A DNA stretch of 64,000 bases, taken from Okamejei kenojei (lineage: Eukaryota). How positions within the stretch are numbered: position 1 is the stretch's first letter; the number at the start of each line of letters is the position of its first letter. The stretch lies in assembly GCA_035221665.1 (NCBI GenBank), contig CM069135.1:63922001-63986000 (forward strand), given 5' to 3'. A program made the position numbers and the translations under genes. Shown in pieces: positions 50,735-62,225 of the stretch. The notes beneath the pieces were generated by a model that saw nothing but the letters and a program-made list of their open reading frames with translations, did no database searches and had not been told where the DNA came from.

Positions 50735-51045
50735 AGGGGCTGTCCCACTGCGGCAACCTTATTGGCGAGTTTAGTAGAGCTTAGGAGAGTTTGAAAAACT
50801 GTCATGTTGAAGACCTCCTTCGACTGTAGAAGACCTCCTTCGTCCATGTTGAAGACTAGCTTCAACTAGCTTCGGGAAAATTAAGACACCGAATAGTGGA
50901 GAATGAAGCCGACCCCCTTCGATCTCCTTCGACCATGTTGAAGACTATCTGCGACTACCTTCAACTACCTTTGATTACCTTCGACTACCCTTGATTACCT
51001 ACGAATAACATGCCGACCTTAGGTCGCCGCAGTGGGGCAGGCCCT
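50735..51045. mobile_element. ~310-bp MITE (PIF/Harbinger-like ends at a TTA/TAA-type site)
   Basis: AGGGGCTGTCCCACTGCGGCAACCT ... AGGTCGCCGCAGTGGGGCAGGCCCT; internal repeats of GAAGACCTCCTTCG and CGACTACC. Confidence 0.8.
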
Positions 51046-51952
51046 TAGAGACCAAATGCCTTTTCTTTTATATCCTGTGTATGTTTAAAGCTCTTGATGT
51101 TTAAGTGTGAAAGTGAGTTCAGTATTAGGCAAACCAAAAGTTTGCTGCAGGTTCACAGACGATGGTGGGTTTCTGGGCAGATCAGACACTCAGCTGAGAA
51201 AATAATGTTTGGGTACCAGCAAAAGAAGCAGCTACATCTTTGATCCTCACAATTTGGATGTTTTTGGTAAAAGCCAGTAAAGTCAATGACTATTTATAAA
51301 CATAAGACCTCACCCATTTGCAAAATTATCATCCAGCTGATGCCTGGAAACCTGATGGTAGAATGAGTCAAAGAATTTGGCTTTAGCATAAAGGAGGGGC
51401 ATTCAGCTTGAGCTATCTTGGCAGCAAACCTAGTGTAACTTTTAAAAACATCCTCACAAAATGAAAATACTGTTGAGAACAAATTGAGACTTAAGCAAGT
51501 TTCTCTAGTCTCTGTATATAGTAGATTTGAGGCCAGATTGCTGTTGAAAAAAATCAACATTTGCATGGGAATCAAATCAATCATTAATAAACTCTCCAGA
51601 TATAGCAAATGGGACTGGAAACAGCAAATACAATTCTTCACAAGAAATATCTAAATGTAGAATGAAGTCTTCATGAGAACGTTATGCATAGGAGTTTTGC
51701 TTAAGTCTAAACTCAATTAGTTCACTTATGTAGTTAACATAAATTATTCAACATTGGTCTTCATTGGTACTTTGTTGGTTCACATGCCTAATCAATGGTG
51801 TTTTGTCATTAATGTTTTATTATTATTAATGTTTAGTGTTTTCTGAGTCATTCGTAACTGTCACTGTATGTCATGGCGTTACTTGTGGGCGGAGCAACAA
51901 GGCAAATTCCTTGTATGTGAATACTTGGCCAATAAACTTACTTACTTACTTA

Positions 51953-53305
51953 AAGGTAATAATAATGGGGCATTTGGATAGCAGTAAAAGGATGAGTCCA
52001 AGTCAACATGGATTTATGAAAGGGAAATCAGGCTTGACCAATCTTCTGGAATCTTATGAGGATGTGACAAGTAAAATGCATGAAGCGGTGCCAGTGGATG
52101 TAGTGTATCTAGACTTTCAGAAAGCCTTTGATAAGGTCCCACACGGGAGACTGGTGACTAAAATTAGAGCACATGGTATTGGGGGGGGAAGGTGTCGACA
52201 TGGATAGAAAATTGGTTGGCAGACCGGAAGCAAAGAGTAGGAGTGAACGGATCCTTTTAAGAATGGCAGGCAGTGGCGAGTGGAGTGCCGCAAGGCTCGG
52301 TGTTGGGGCCGCAACTGTTTACCATATATATTTGTGATTTGGAAGAGGGAATTAGGAGCGACACTAGCAAGTTTGCAGATGACAGAAAGCTGGGTGGCAG
52401 TGTGAACTGTGAAGAGGATGTTAGGAGGTTGCAGGGTGACCTGGACAGGTTGAGTGGATGGGCAGATGCATGGCAGATGCAGTATAATATAGAAAAATGT
52501 GAGGTTATCCACTTTGGCGGCAAAAAGGGGGCAGATTATTATCTCAATGGGGTTACGTTAGGCAAGGGGGAGGTGCGGCGAGACCTGGGCGTCCTTGTAT
52601 ACCAGTCACTGAAAGTTGGCGTGCAGGTACAGCAGGCAATGAAGAAAGCTAATGGAATGTTGGGCTTCATAACAAGAGGATTTCAGTATAGGAGTAAAGA
52701 GGTTCTTCTGCAGTTGTATAGGGCTCTGGTGAGACCATATCTGGAGTATTGTGTCCAGTTTTGGTCTCCGAATTTGAGGAAGGACATCCTTGTGATTGAG
52801 GCAGTGCAGCATAGGTTCACAAGATCGATCCCTGGGTTGGCGGGACTATCATATGAGAAAGGGTTAAAAAGACTAGGCTTGTATTCACTAGAGTTTAGAA
52901 GAATGATGGGGGATCTTATACAAACATATACAATTATAAAAGGACTGGACAAGCTAGATGCAGGAAAAATGTTCCCAATGTTGGGCGAGTCCAGAACCAG
53001 GGGCCACAGTCTTAGAATAAATGGGAAGCCATTTAAGACTGAGGTGAGAAAAAAACTTTTTCACCCAGAGAGTTATGAATTTGTGGAATTCCCTGCAACA
53101 AAGGGCAGTGGATGCCAAGTCACTGGATGGATTTAAGAGAGAGTTAGATAGAGCTCTCGGTGCTAGTGGAATCAAGGGATATGGGGAGAAGGCAGGCACG
53201 GGTTATTGATTGGGGATGATCAGCCATGATCACAATGAATGGTGGCGCTGGCTCGAAGGGCCAAATAGCCTTTTCCTGCACCTATGTTCTATGTTCTATG
53301 TTTCC
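51953..53305 (+). mobile_element. 5'-truncated CR1 LINE (RT to 3' UTR)
   Basis: ORFs 51836..52207 and 52273..53136 (SQHGFMKGKS, DFQKAFDKVPH, GVPQGSVLGP, FADD); (CTATGTT)n tail. Confidence 0.95.
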
Positions 53306-56119
53306 ATGTAAGATTGGGCCCAGACAAAATATCTACACTTTGCAACATTGTTACTGCATCACATATCCCCATTGTATTGTTCATTTCATACTTACAGTTT
53401 GATACTGTGCCACCACTAGATACCATTGTAAAAACTAATGAACCTGTAGAATATATTGTTGAAAATTTGTATGATTAGCATCTAATATACAGTATTGCCA
53501 CTTAGGAGTTGTTGAAAAATTGGAACTTCATATATTTCTTGCCGATGTCATGACAGTAGTTAGATTTATGCCTATAGGCCAACATAATGCACTATGATGA
53601 CTCTGTACTAATTGAATAAGAGCAACAAAGAATGGTTTGTCAATGAACCAAATTATTTGCAGTCAATACAAATATATCACAATTTCATTAGGTCCAATGA
53701 CACTTTAAGAGACCATATCTTTGACACCCACCACATGCCAGGGAGTGTTCACAACTACTCTGCAAAATTCCATCCATTTTATACTCAAAAAGCCTCAGTG
53801 AAACTTACACCACATAAGGTGCTCAATAGATGCTCGCTGTTCCCAAAAGCAATACTTTCTATGAGATCCTATACCACTTTTAAAAATGCTACAAAAATCC
53901 CTTAGGTGGAAACAATATTTTTATCTCTGGATCCAAGATGTTATTCAGATCTCTGTTGGGGAAGAGCTTGGGTTGCCATTTGTTCATGAAAGCAGATACC
54001 ATCAGAAAATAACTGCAGGAGAGATACACCATCCAGTCAAGGCATCAACACAATGCAACGTTTGGCACAGGATCTTGGTTTCAGGCTAGAGGTTGCAGGT
54101 TCCATTCTACCAAGCGCCCTACAGAGCAACTTCCCATGAACCTCAGGGTCAATATTGTAGGAATTTCAATCTACATCCTTTTTTAAACTTATGATTGATG
54201 ATTACATTTTGGTATATGAACACATATTTTCAACAATAACACTATTTTCCTTTGAATGGCTGACAGTTACTTTAAAATCTGGAGGTTATTCCCATTTGCG
54301 CATAACAGGGGTAAACTTAATAAAGATAGACCTATGGGAGCTTCCCATTCCCACATAAAAAGGAAAGATATCACCTCCCTTCCAAGTGAAAGTAACCTTG
54401 ACTCACAGCTCTGTGGGCTGAGGAATGGGGGAAGGTGGGTCCCTAATAAAATCATGTTTAGAAGTATACCCATAAAAACAAGAAAGTTTGTATTTTGTAG
54501 ATCTGCGGGAATTTAGTTTTGGAATGCTTAGCTTGGGAAGGGCTCGTGTATTTAGGTAACTAATAAGTGGTGTGTATTACTTTTCAAAACACTGAAGAAC
54601 ATCTAAAAATTGATTGTTTCTCCAAGAGTACACAATGTTTATTGATGAACTTCATGTAAAATAAACCAACTGACAATACAAAGTTGTTCACTGTTTCGCT
54701 GAAGTACTATTTCAATCAGCCTTCTGTGCAGTAAATTTACAGAAAGTTTCAAGTGCTGGCATATGGAATAAGCACTCTTTGCTATAATCTCTGTCATGTC
54801 ATCAAAAAACCATGGCAGGAAAAGGCTCAGTCGGCAGTACTGGAGACACGAAGATTTGGAATTCAAATGGTAGGAAGTGATGCTCCAGTTGTATAAAACA
54901 TTTATGAGAACCCTTCTGAAGTACCCTGTTCTGTTTTGGGCACTGAATCTCAAAAGGAAACATTTCAAAAGCAAAAGAACACTGATACTAGAAGGCTGCA
55001 AATGCTGCCAGGTAAAATCAATTTTTATGGAGATCGACAGAAGTTAACTTTACAGGACACACAAAACTTCAAATGTTTCATCATTTTTTATTTTGTTTTT
55101 CCTCTTTGAAGATTCATTCTAATCTAGCTATTGGAGTGTGTTTTATTTTATATATATATTTTTGAACTTTGTATCGCTCTCTCTTCCAATTAATAATAAT
55201 TGGTCAAGGGGGCAGAGCGAAACATATAAAAACATCTACGGAAGTCAATAAGAATTTTTCTACCACCTGTTGGTGGTTTGTTTTTAATTATAATATCTTT
55301 ATTTTTGGATATTATAATAGCACTTTTTGTTTGTTAATTATCTTTTCACGACTACACTTTCTGGTCTTTTTCAAGATTTATTCTGAAGGGGAGATGCCAA
55401 CAAAACGTAACAGCTGGGGATGACCATCCTTCATCTGGAGTTATAAGATTTTTGGTTGCACCATATGAAGTAAAGGTATTAACATAATTCATAATGCAAG
55501 ACGATAAACAAAAGAAAACTGGAGGAATCACATTTTGTAGTTGGAATATAAGGGGAGCTAATGAACCAATTAAAAGGGGTAAGATCTTTGCCCAATTAAA
55601 AGCCTTAAACAGTGACATCATTTTTTTACAAGAGACGCATCTGAAATATCAAACACAGATAAGACTGAAGCCACATTGGATTGGGCAAACATACTACTCT
55701 TCATTTACTTCTAAATCTAGAGGCACGGCTATTATCATTCGCAAAGGTTTACCATTTAAATTAAAGAATACAATAGCAGATAAAGAGGGGAGGTACGTCA
55801 TAATCACGGGAGAAATTTATTCTACTCCACTTACTTTGATAAATATTTATGCTCCTAACTTTGACAACCCACAATTCTTTAGTAAAATTTTGGATATAAT
55901 TTCAGAACTTAACCATCAAAATGTGATAATAGGGGGAGATTTGAATTGTGTTTTACTTCGGAGTCACGTGAGTGACTTCGTGAAGACCCCGCCAACACGC
56001 ATGCGCGGCATATCGTCGCGCAAATTTGCATCGGCAGGCTGGGGGGGGGGGGGGAGCGCGCTCTCTCCTCGGGCTCCTTCATAAAGGCCGGTACGTGAGT
56101 ATTACTTTTATCCTACAGG

Positions 56120-57490
56120 ATGGACAAGGGCAAGAGAAAGGCGCTGTCGAAAAGTCGAGCTTCGACCAGCCAACGGCCCTTGTCCCCGGAGCTGCAAGCA
56201 ACACCAGCAGCTTCGAGGCGTGTGGGGGCAGGAATGCAGAAGTCGGGCGCTCCCGCTGATTCAGGGGCCGACTCACCTGAATGGTTTACCGCTCCGGAGC
56301 TGGATGCATCGGATCCAGACTTCGAGCCCCCTTCCCCCAAGAAAAGAGGGGGGAAACAGGCAAGGGGTCTCGCTTTTTACAAGCAACCTCTCCCCGAGCT
56401 CCAGAAGACCCGAGGGGACTGGGCCGGGGGACAGCCGCACGGCAGGGGAGCCCTGCAAAGTGCAAAAACATACCGCAGCCAGGGAGATCCGCCGTAGTGC
56501 AGCCCGGCAACATCACTGCTGCGTCGTGTAGGCCTGCTGGAGCAGATACCGCTGACAACACACCCCGTCAGGCTGCGGTCAAGGGCGGAGGTGGCAGCAG
56601 GAAGCGGTCGGTCAGCTCAGCTCTGGGAGCGGCCGACCATGCGCCTCCACGCCAAAAGATGGGCATGTGTGGAGGTAAACCTGCACGGACTCCGGGGAGC
56701 CAGGTTCCGGGGGCCGGCGCCGATTCAACTCACCTGCCTTCTTATCAGACAGGTGGGCCGCCACAGTCTGGGAGAAGACAGACTAGCGGAGAGTCCGTGC
56801 GGGAGTCGTATGATCCTACTTGGGCTGTAGGTCACGACGACCTGCCATTGGACCCTAGACAGCACCCTAAGGGGGTGTGGTCCGATGGTGGAAGCCCCAG
56901 TGAATTCGCAGGGCCTGGGGAAGTCGGCTTGTCCGCTGCAGATAGCAGGGACGGTCACATAGAGCGGTTGGAGCTCTTAGTGGAGCAACTCCTCCAGCGG
57001 GACCGGGAACGAGAAGAACGGGACTCGCGGGCATCTACCAGCCGAGCGAGGACTCCACTCAGCATCTCATCGTCTCCAGCAGGAAGCATGAGGGATTTCC
57101 CAGCTGCTGTGTTCGAAGACGACCCGGGGCAGCCAGTAACCGCTGAGCCAGAGCATGAGGAGGATATGCTGGAAGTGGTGAGTAAGTTTGCCGCTACCAC
57201 CCAGACAGGTGAACCTCTGCACCACAAATTGGCGGGCACCATTGATTACCTGACTACGCACCAACTCCAGAGTCAGGTTCTCAATGATACCTTGGAGAAA
57301 ATAAAACCGCCCAAAAACTGCATCAACCTCAGTGTGCCCTTGGTTAACGCCCAGAGCTGGGGACACTTGAGTACGGCCACCAGGATGCAGGATGTCCGCC
57401 TCCAGCGTATATTAAAAGTTCTCTCCACGGGCATAACGGCATTTGCTAGGACCCTGGACGGGGATAATGTGGACGGGCCGATGAGCAACA
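56120..57490 (+). pseudogene. DIRS ORF1 (gag-like), disrupted and apparently C-terminally deleted
   Basis: MDKGKRKALSK... low-complexity N-terminus; later frame has KPPKNCINLSVPLVNAQSWGHL...QDVRLQRI, typical of DIRS ORF1. Confidence 0.75.
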
Positions 57491-59411
57491 GCCTAATTCA
57501 TCTTTTATCCCAACAGGAACGCACATCCCCTTCTGCACGAATAGGTGGGCGATTGCGGGCTTTCTTAGACATTTGGAAAACTGTCACCACGGATGAGTTT
57601 ATTTTACAAAGTGTTCAAGGATATGTTATAGAATTTATTGAAGGTATAAATCCCCCTACTCAGCATTCGCCTCGTAGAAAATTTACTCTATCTCAAAAAG
57701 AGGTGGAGGCAGGACAAGCTGAAATTATACGGCAGAAAAAGGGGTAATTGGCAAAACCAAGCATGAACCAATTGAGTTTGTGTCTAACATCTTCACTAGG
57801 ATTAAAAAAGATGGGGGATGTCGGATAATAATAGACTTAACTGAATTGAACAATTTTGTACAATACACCCATTTCAAAATGGATACGTTTGAAACAGCTA
57901 AGCAGATGCTTTACCCAGGGTACTTTATGGCATGTATCGATTTGAAAGATGCATACTATACGGTACCCATTGCTAAGGCTTATAGGAAATTTTTGAAGTT
58001 TGTCTGGAAGGGTCAGTTATGGGAATATAAGGCATTGCCTAATGGAATCACCACAGCTCCTAGGCTGTTTACCAAATTGGTAAAACCTATATTGGCTCTT
58101 CTCCGACAACAAAATTATATAGTAATGGCATATTTAGATGATATCCTTATAGTGGGTCCGACCCTCCAATTGGCGATTCAAGGAGTGGCTGCAACCAAGG
58201 CTCTGTTTGAGAAGCTGGGATTCGTAATCCATCCAGACAAATCAAAATTGCACCCGGTACGTGTTATGGATTATTTGGGGTTCACCCTAGACACCAATTT
58301 AATGAAGATTACCATCCCAACTAATAAAGCTACTGCTATTATAGAAGAATGCCACAATCTTGCTTGCGCCAGGGTACTATTTGGCAAACAGCAAAAGTTA
58401 TAGGCAAATTGGTAGCTGCATTCCCAGCTGCATGATTCGGACCGCTACACTACCGAAATTTACAAAGATCAAAAATCACAGCATTAAAAACAAATGCTGG
58501 TCACTTTGATCGGCCAATTCGGCTACCATCAGAAGCTAGAAATGAGCTACAATGGTGGGTTGACAATATTAGAGAATGTCATAGACCTATCGTAGTGGGA
58601 AACCCTGATGTTGTGTTACAAACTGACGCAAGCGCACAAGGCTGGGGAGCAACTGATACGATGTCCAGTTGTGGTGGCAGATGGAACTCTCATGAGTCTA
58701 CCTTCCTGGAGTCACATGGGATAAATTATATAGAAATGCTGGGAGCATTTCATGGACTGCGGGCTTACTGTACTAATTCACAGGATTTACATGTCCGCCT
58801 TCAAATAGATAATACTACAGTGGTGGCTTACATCAATCATATGGGTGGTATCAGGTCGCTATCTTGTGATGAATTGGCTAATACAATTTGGCACTGGTGC
58901 ATTGAAAGAAACATTTGGATTACTGCGACCTATTTGCCTGGGAAGCTTAATACAGTGGCGGACACCAGGTCACGAGTCTTTAATGACAACATCGAGTGGA
59001 TGTTGAATCCCCAAATTTGAGAGATATTATAGCTCATTTTGGGACACCAGATATTGACCTATTTGCATCCAGGTTGAACCATCAGCTACCAACGTATGTG
59101 TCATGGGAACCAGACCCTGGGGCAATAGCAATGGATGCGTTTTCTCGATCCATTGGGGGAAATGGTTTTGCTACGCATTTCCCCCATTCTGCCTCATCAG
59201 TCGGGTATTGCAGAAAATTAAACTAGACTCTGCAACTGGCATATTGATCATTCCCGACTGGCCTACACAACCATGGTACCCGATGGTTGAAAAAATTTTA
59301 AAACAGCCATGGATGGCGATTGGGAAACATCCCAAATTGATTACTCACCCTATTACGGGGATCAATCATCCTTACCATGGTCATTTAAACTTGTTGGCCT
59401 GCAGGTTCTGA
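57491..59411 (+). pseudogene. DIRS RT - RNase H - DAM-like methyltransferase, frameshifted
   Basis: IGGRLRAFLDIW...GYVIEF; IDLKDAYY, LPNGITTAPRLFTK, YLDD; QTDASAQGWG, INYIEM, IDNTTVVAYINHMGG; DIDLFASRLN, YAFPPF. Confidence 0.93.
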
Positions 59412-60367
59412 AAAGACCGCTCATCCGGGCAGGCATCTCGTCAAGAGCCATAAACCTTATTGCTGCATCGTGCCGGGAATCAACCCGGAAACAATACCTC
59501 ACTCAAATCAGAAAGTGGGAGGTTTTCTGTGCCCGGAACAACAAGTCGTCCAACTCGGCAACAATACCTGATGTGTTGGAGTTTCTAGCAGGCCTCCATT
59601 TTGATGCTGGCCTCAGCTACAGTGCCTTCAACAGCGCAAGGAGTGCGCTGTCTTCATACCTGGATATAGGTGTCGGCTCCAACCACCTGGTGTCTAAACT
59701 AATGAGGGGAGTGTTCAACACCAACCCTCCACGACCCAGATATACAGTAACGTGGGATGTGGGGATCGTGCTGACCCTACTGAGGAGCTGGGCTCCAATA
59801 GATGAGCTACCATTGAAACAGCTCACCCTCAAGGTGGTGATGCTCATGGCACTGACGACAGCCCAACGAGTCCAGACGTTACAGAAACTGCGACTGGACA
59901 GCATGGTGGCCACCCCTGGTCAAATAAAATTCTTTGTCAAAGAGTTATTAAAACAGCACAGGCCAGGGGCGCATGGGCTGCAGCTGGAATTTCGGGCGTA
60001 CCCTGTAGATGCCACACTCTGCATAGTCACCCATCTCCACCACTACATCCGAGTTACTGGAGCTATCAGGATGAAGGAGCAGGGACTTCTCATCAGCCAT
60101 AAACCTCCGCATCGTCGAGTGACTACACAGACTATCGCCAGGTGGCTCAGGGTGGTGCTGGATGCAGCAGGAGTTGCTACTGACATTTTTAAGTCTCATT
60201 CCACCAGGGCTGCATCCACATCAGCAGCGAGAGCCATGGAGGTTCCCATGGACCACATTCTCGCCACCGCGGGCTGGGCCAGTGAAAAAATTTTTCAGCG
60301 GTTCTATAACAAGCCTCTGGCCGCCCCTGCGACATTCGCAGAAGCTATCCTGGGAACCGCTCAGTAA
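59309..60367 (+). CDS. DIRS tyrosine recombinase, uninterrupted ORF (true start probably near 59400)
   Basis: SAM-like N-terminal part (STRKQY...WEVFC, ARSALS) and catalytic AQR, K, SHSTR, AGW, FQRFY. Confidence 0.9.
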   Translation: MDGDWETSQIDYSPYYGDQSSLPWSFKLVGLQVLKRPLIRAGISSRAINLIAASCRESTRKQYLTQIRKWEVFCARNNKSSNSATIPDVLEFLAGLHFDAGLSYSAFNSARSALSSYLDIGVGSNHLVSKLMRGVFNTNPPRPRYTVTWDVGIVLTLLRSWAPIDELPLKQLTLKVVMLMALTTAQRVQTLQKLRLDSMVATPGQIKFFVKELLKQHRPGAHGLQLEFRAYPVDATLCIVTHLHHYIRVTGAIRMKEQGLLISHKPPHRRVTTQTIARWLRVVLDAAGVATDIFKSHSTRAASTSAARAMEVPMDHILATAGWASEKIFQRFYNKPLAAPATFAEAILGTAQ

Positions 60368-60532
60368 ATGCTTGTCCCCAAATTAGGGGTTTGTTGTTTA
60401 TTTGATTAATAAATTGTGTTGATTTTTCAGCCAGTTTCGACTGAACGCCATTAACAGGCTTCCTCCATCAGAATGGCGGCAGTGTGATAAGCATGGACGT
60501 TGTCCCGGGCGTGAAATCACAGAGCTTTGAAA

Positions 60533-60646
60533 TCTTCACGAAGTCACTCACGTGACTCCGAAGTAAAATAGTAAGATTAAACGAGCACTTACCAAGTTTG
60601 AAAGTTGATCTGTATTTTACGAGGAGTCGCGGTGAGGGATTTCGTG
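60533..60646. repeat. DIRS internal complementary region (ICR)
   Basis: TCTTCACGAAGTCACTCACGTGACTCCGAAGTAAAA (reverse complement of left end) joined to TAGTAAGATTAAACGAG...GGATTTCGTG (reverse complement of right end). Confidence 0.95.
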
Positions 60647-62021
60647 CCCACCGCTCCCACCCTCTGTCATAAGGTCAACCAGGTAGTTCTACGGTTTTCA
60701 TCTTACTATTTTTAGTCATGGTTTTGGTTCTGTGATTCCACACCGCTGCTTTGAAGGATGCCGCGCATGCGTGTTGGCGGGGTCTTCACGAAATCCCTCA
60801 CCGCGACTCCTCGTAAAATACAGATCAACCTTCAAACTTGGTAAGTTCTCGTTTAATCTTGCTATTTTAGATCCATACTTGGATAAATCAGCAAAACAAA
60901 AAAGGACTAACATAAAATCTAAAACTAGTGAACTCCTAAATACATACATGAAAAATACTAATATAACAGATGTATGGAGGATCGCTAACCCAGTAGGTAG
61001 GGAATATTAATTTTATTCAACAGTACATAAAACATATTCATGTATAGATTATTTCTTAGTGGACACAAAAGTAATTCCATTTACATATAATTCTAAATAT
61101 CATAATAGTATTATTTCTGATCATTCCCCGTTAACTTTTTCTTTAAAATTAGAAGGAATGCCTGATAAAAATTTGTTTTGGAGGTTTAACCCCCAAATCT
61201 TAAACAACTCACATATTTAAAAGAGCAGATGATATTCTTCTTTGAGACAAATGATACACCAGATATTTCACCCTCTTTATTATGGGAAACTTTTAAGACA
61301 TTTATTAGAGGAACTATAATCTCATATCAAGCTTTCCAAAATAAAAAGAATAATACTGAACAATTGCCGTTAGAACAAGAAATTAGACAATTAGATTTAG
61401 AAAATGCCAAAGAACCAACTATAGATAAACATAATAAGATAACAATACTAAAATATAAATTAAATAAAATTTTATCAGCCAGAATAATAAGATTATTTCA
61501 AATTACAAAACAAGAAAATTTTGAATTTGGTGATAAACCTCATAAACTCCTAGCACGCCAACTGAAAAAAACGGGAAACAGAAAATACAATTACTAAAAT
61601 TAAATCAGACAAAGGGGAATTACTAACACTACCTAAAGATATTAATAAAAGATTTGCTCAATTTTATCAAAACTTCTATACATCAAAAACCTCTGCAAAT
61701 AATACTCAAATTTCAAATTTCTTAGACAATTGTAATCTTCCGAAATTAAATATGGTGGAACAAGAGGACATATATTAGATTCAATTGCCCGATCAGATTA
61801 CAATATATGTCGTATCTCCCGGAACATAGGAAAAAGAAACAATAAGCATTTCGTTGTTACTAAAACCATTCCAACATTGTAAATAAGGGTTACAAATTTA
61901 CATTATGTAATTTATGTAAATTCATTTATGTGACATGGAACCAGATGGCTTTAGAAAATTTTAATCGCACGACGTCATTCACGCAGCGTAACTCAAGCGT
62001 CACGTTAGATAATTTCTCATA

Positions 62022-62225
62022 NNNNNNNNNNNNNNNNNNNNNNNNNNNNNNNNNNNNNNNNNNNNNNNNNNNNNNNNNNNNNNNNNNNNNNNNNNNNNNN
62101 NNNNNNNNNNNNNNNNNNNNNNNNNNNNNNNNNNNNNNNNNNNNNNNNNNNNNNNNNNNNNNNNNNNNNNNNNNNNNNNNNNNNNNNNNNNNNNNNNNNN
62201 NNNNNNNNNNNNNNNNNNNNNNNNN
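62022..62225. other. Assembly gap (204 N)
   Basis: Run of N. Confidence 1.

Larger units (their letters stand above)
55951..60869 (+). mobile_element. DIRS1-type tyrosine-recombinase retrotransposon with both termini and ICR
   Basis: Left ITR ~55951-56011, right ITR ~60758-60818 plus right extension to 60869, ICR 60533-60646 complementary to both ends; gag, RT, RNase H, methylase and YR in canonical order. Confidence 0.96.

Noticed and set aside
50800-51010. Repeat-spacer array
   Set aside because: Short irregular repeats lie inside a TIR-bounded MITE and are subterminal motifs.
55494-56084. Novel endonuclease fusion protein
   Set aside because: The L1 APE frame simply reads through into the DIRS left ITR after the insertion point at 55951.
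59309-60367. Phage or bacterial integrase (contamination or HGT)
   Set aside because: It sits in canonical DIRS order after RT/RNase H/methylase and between ITR/ICR structures.
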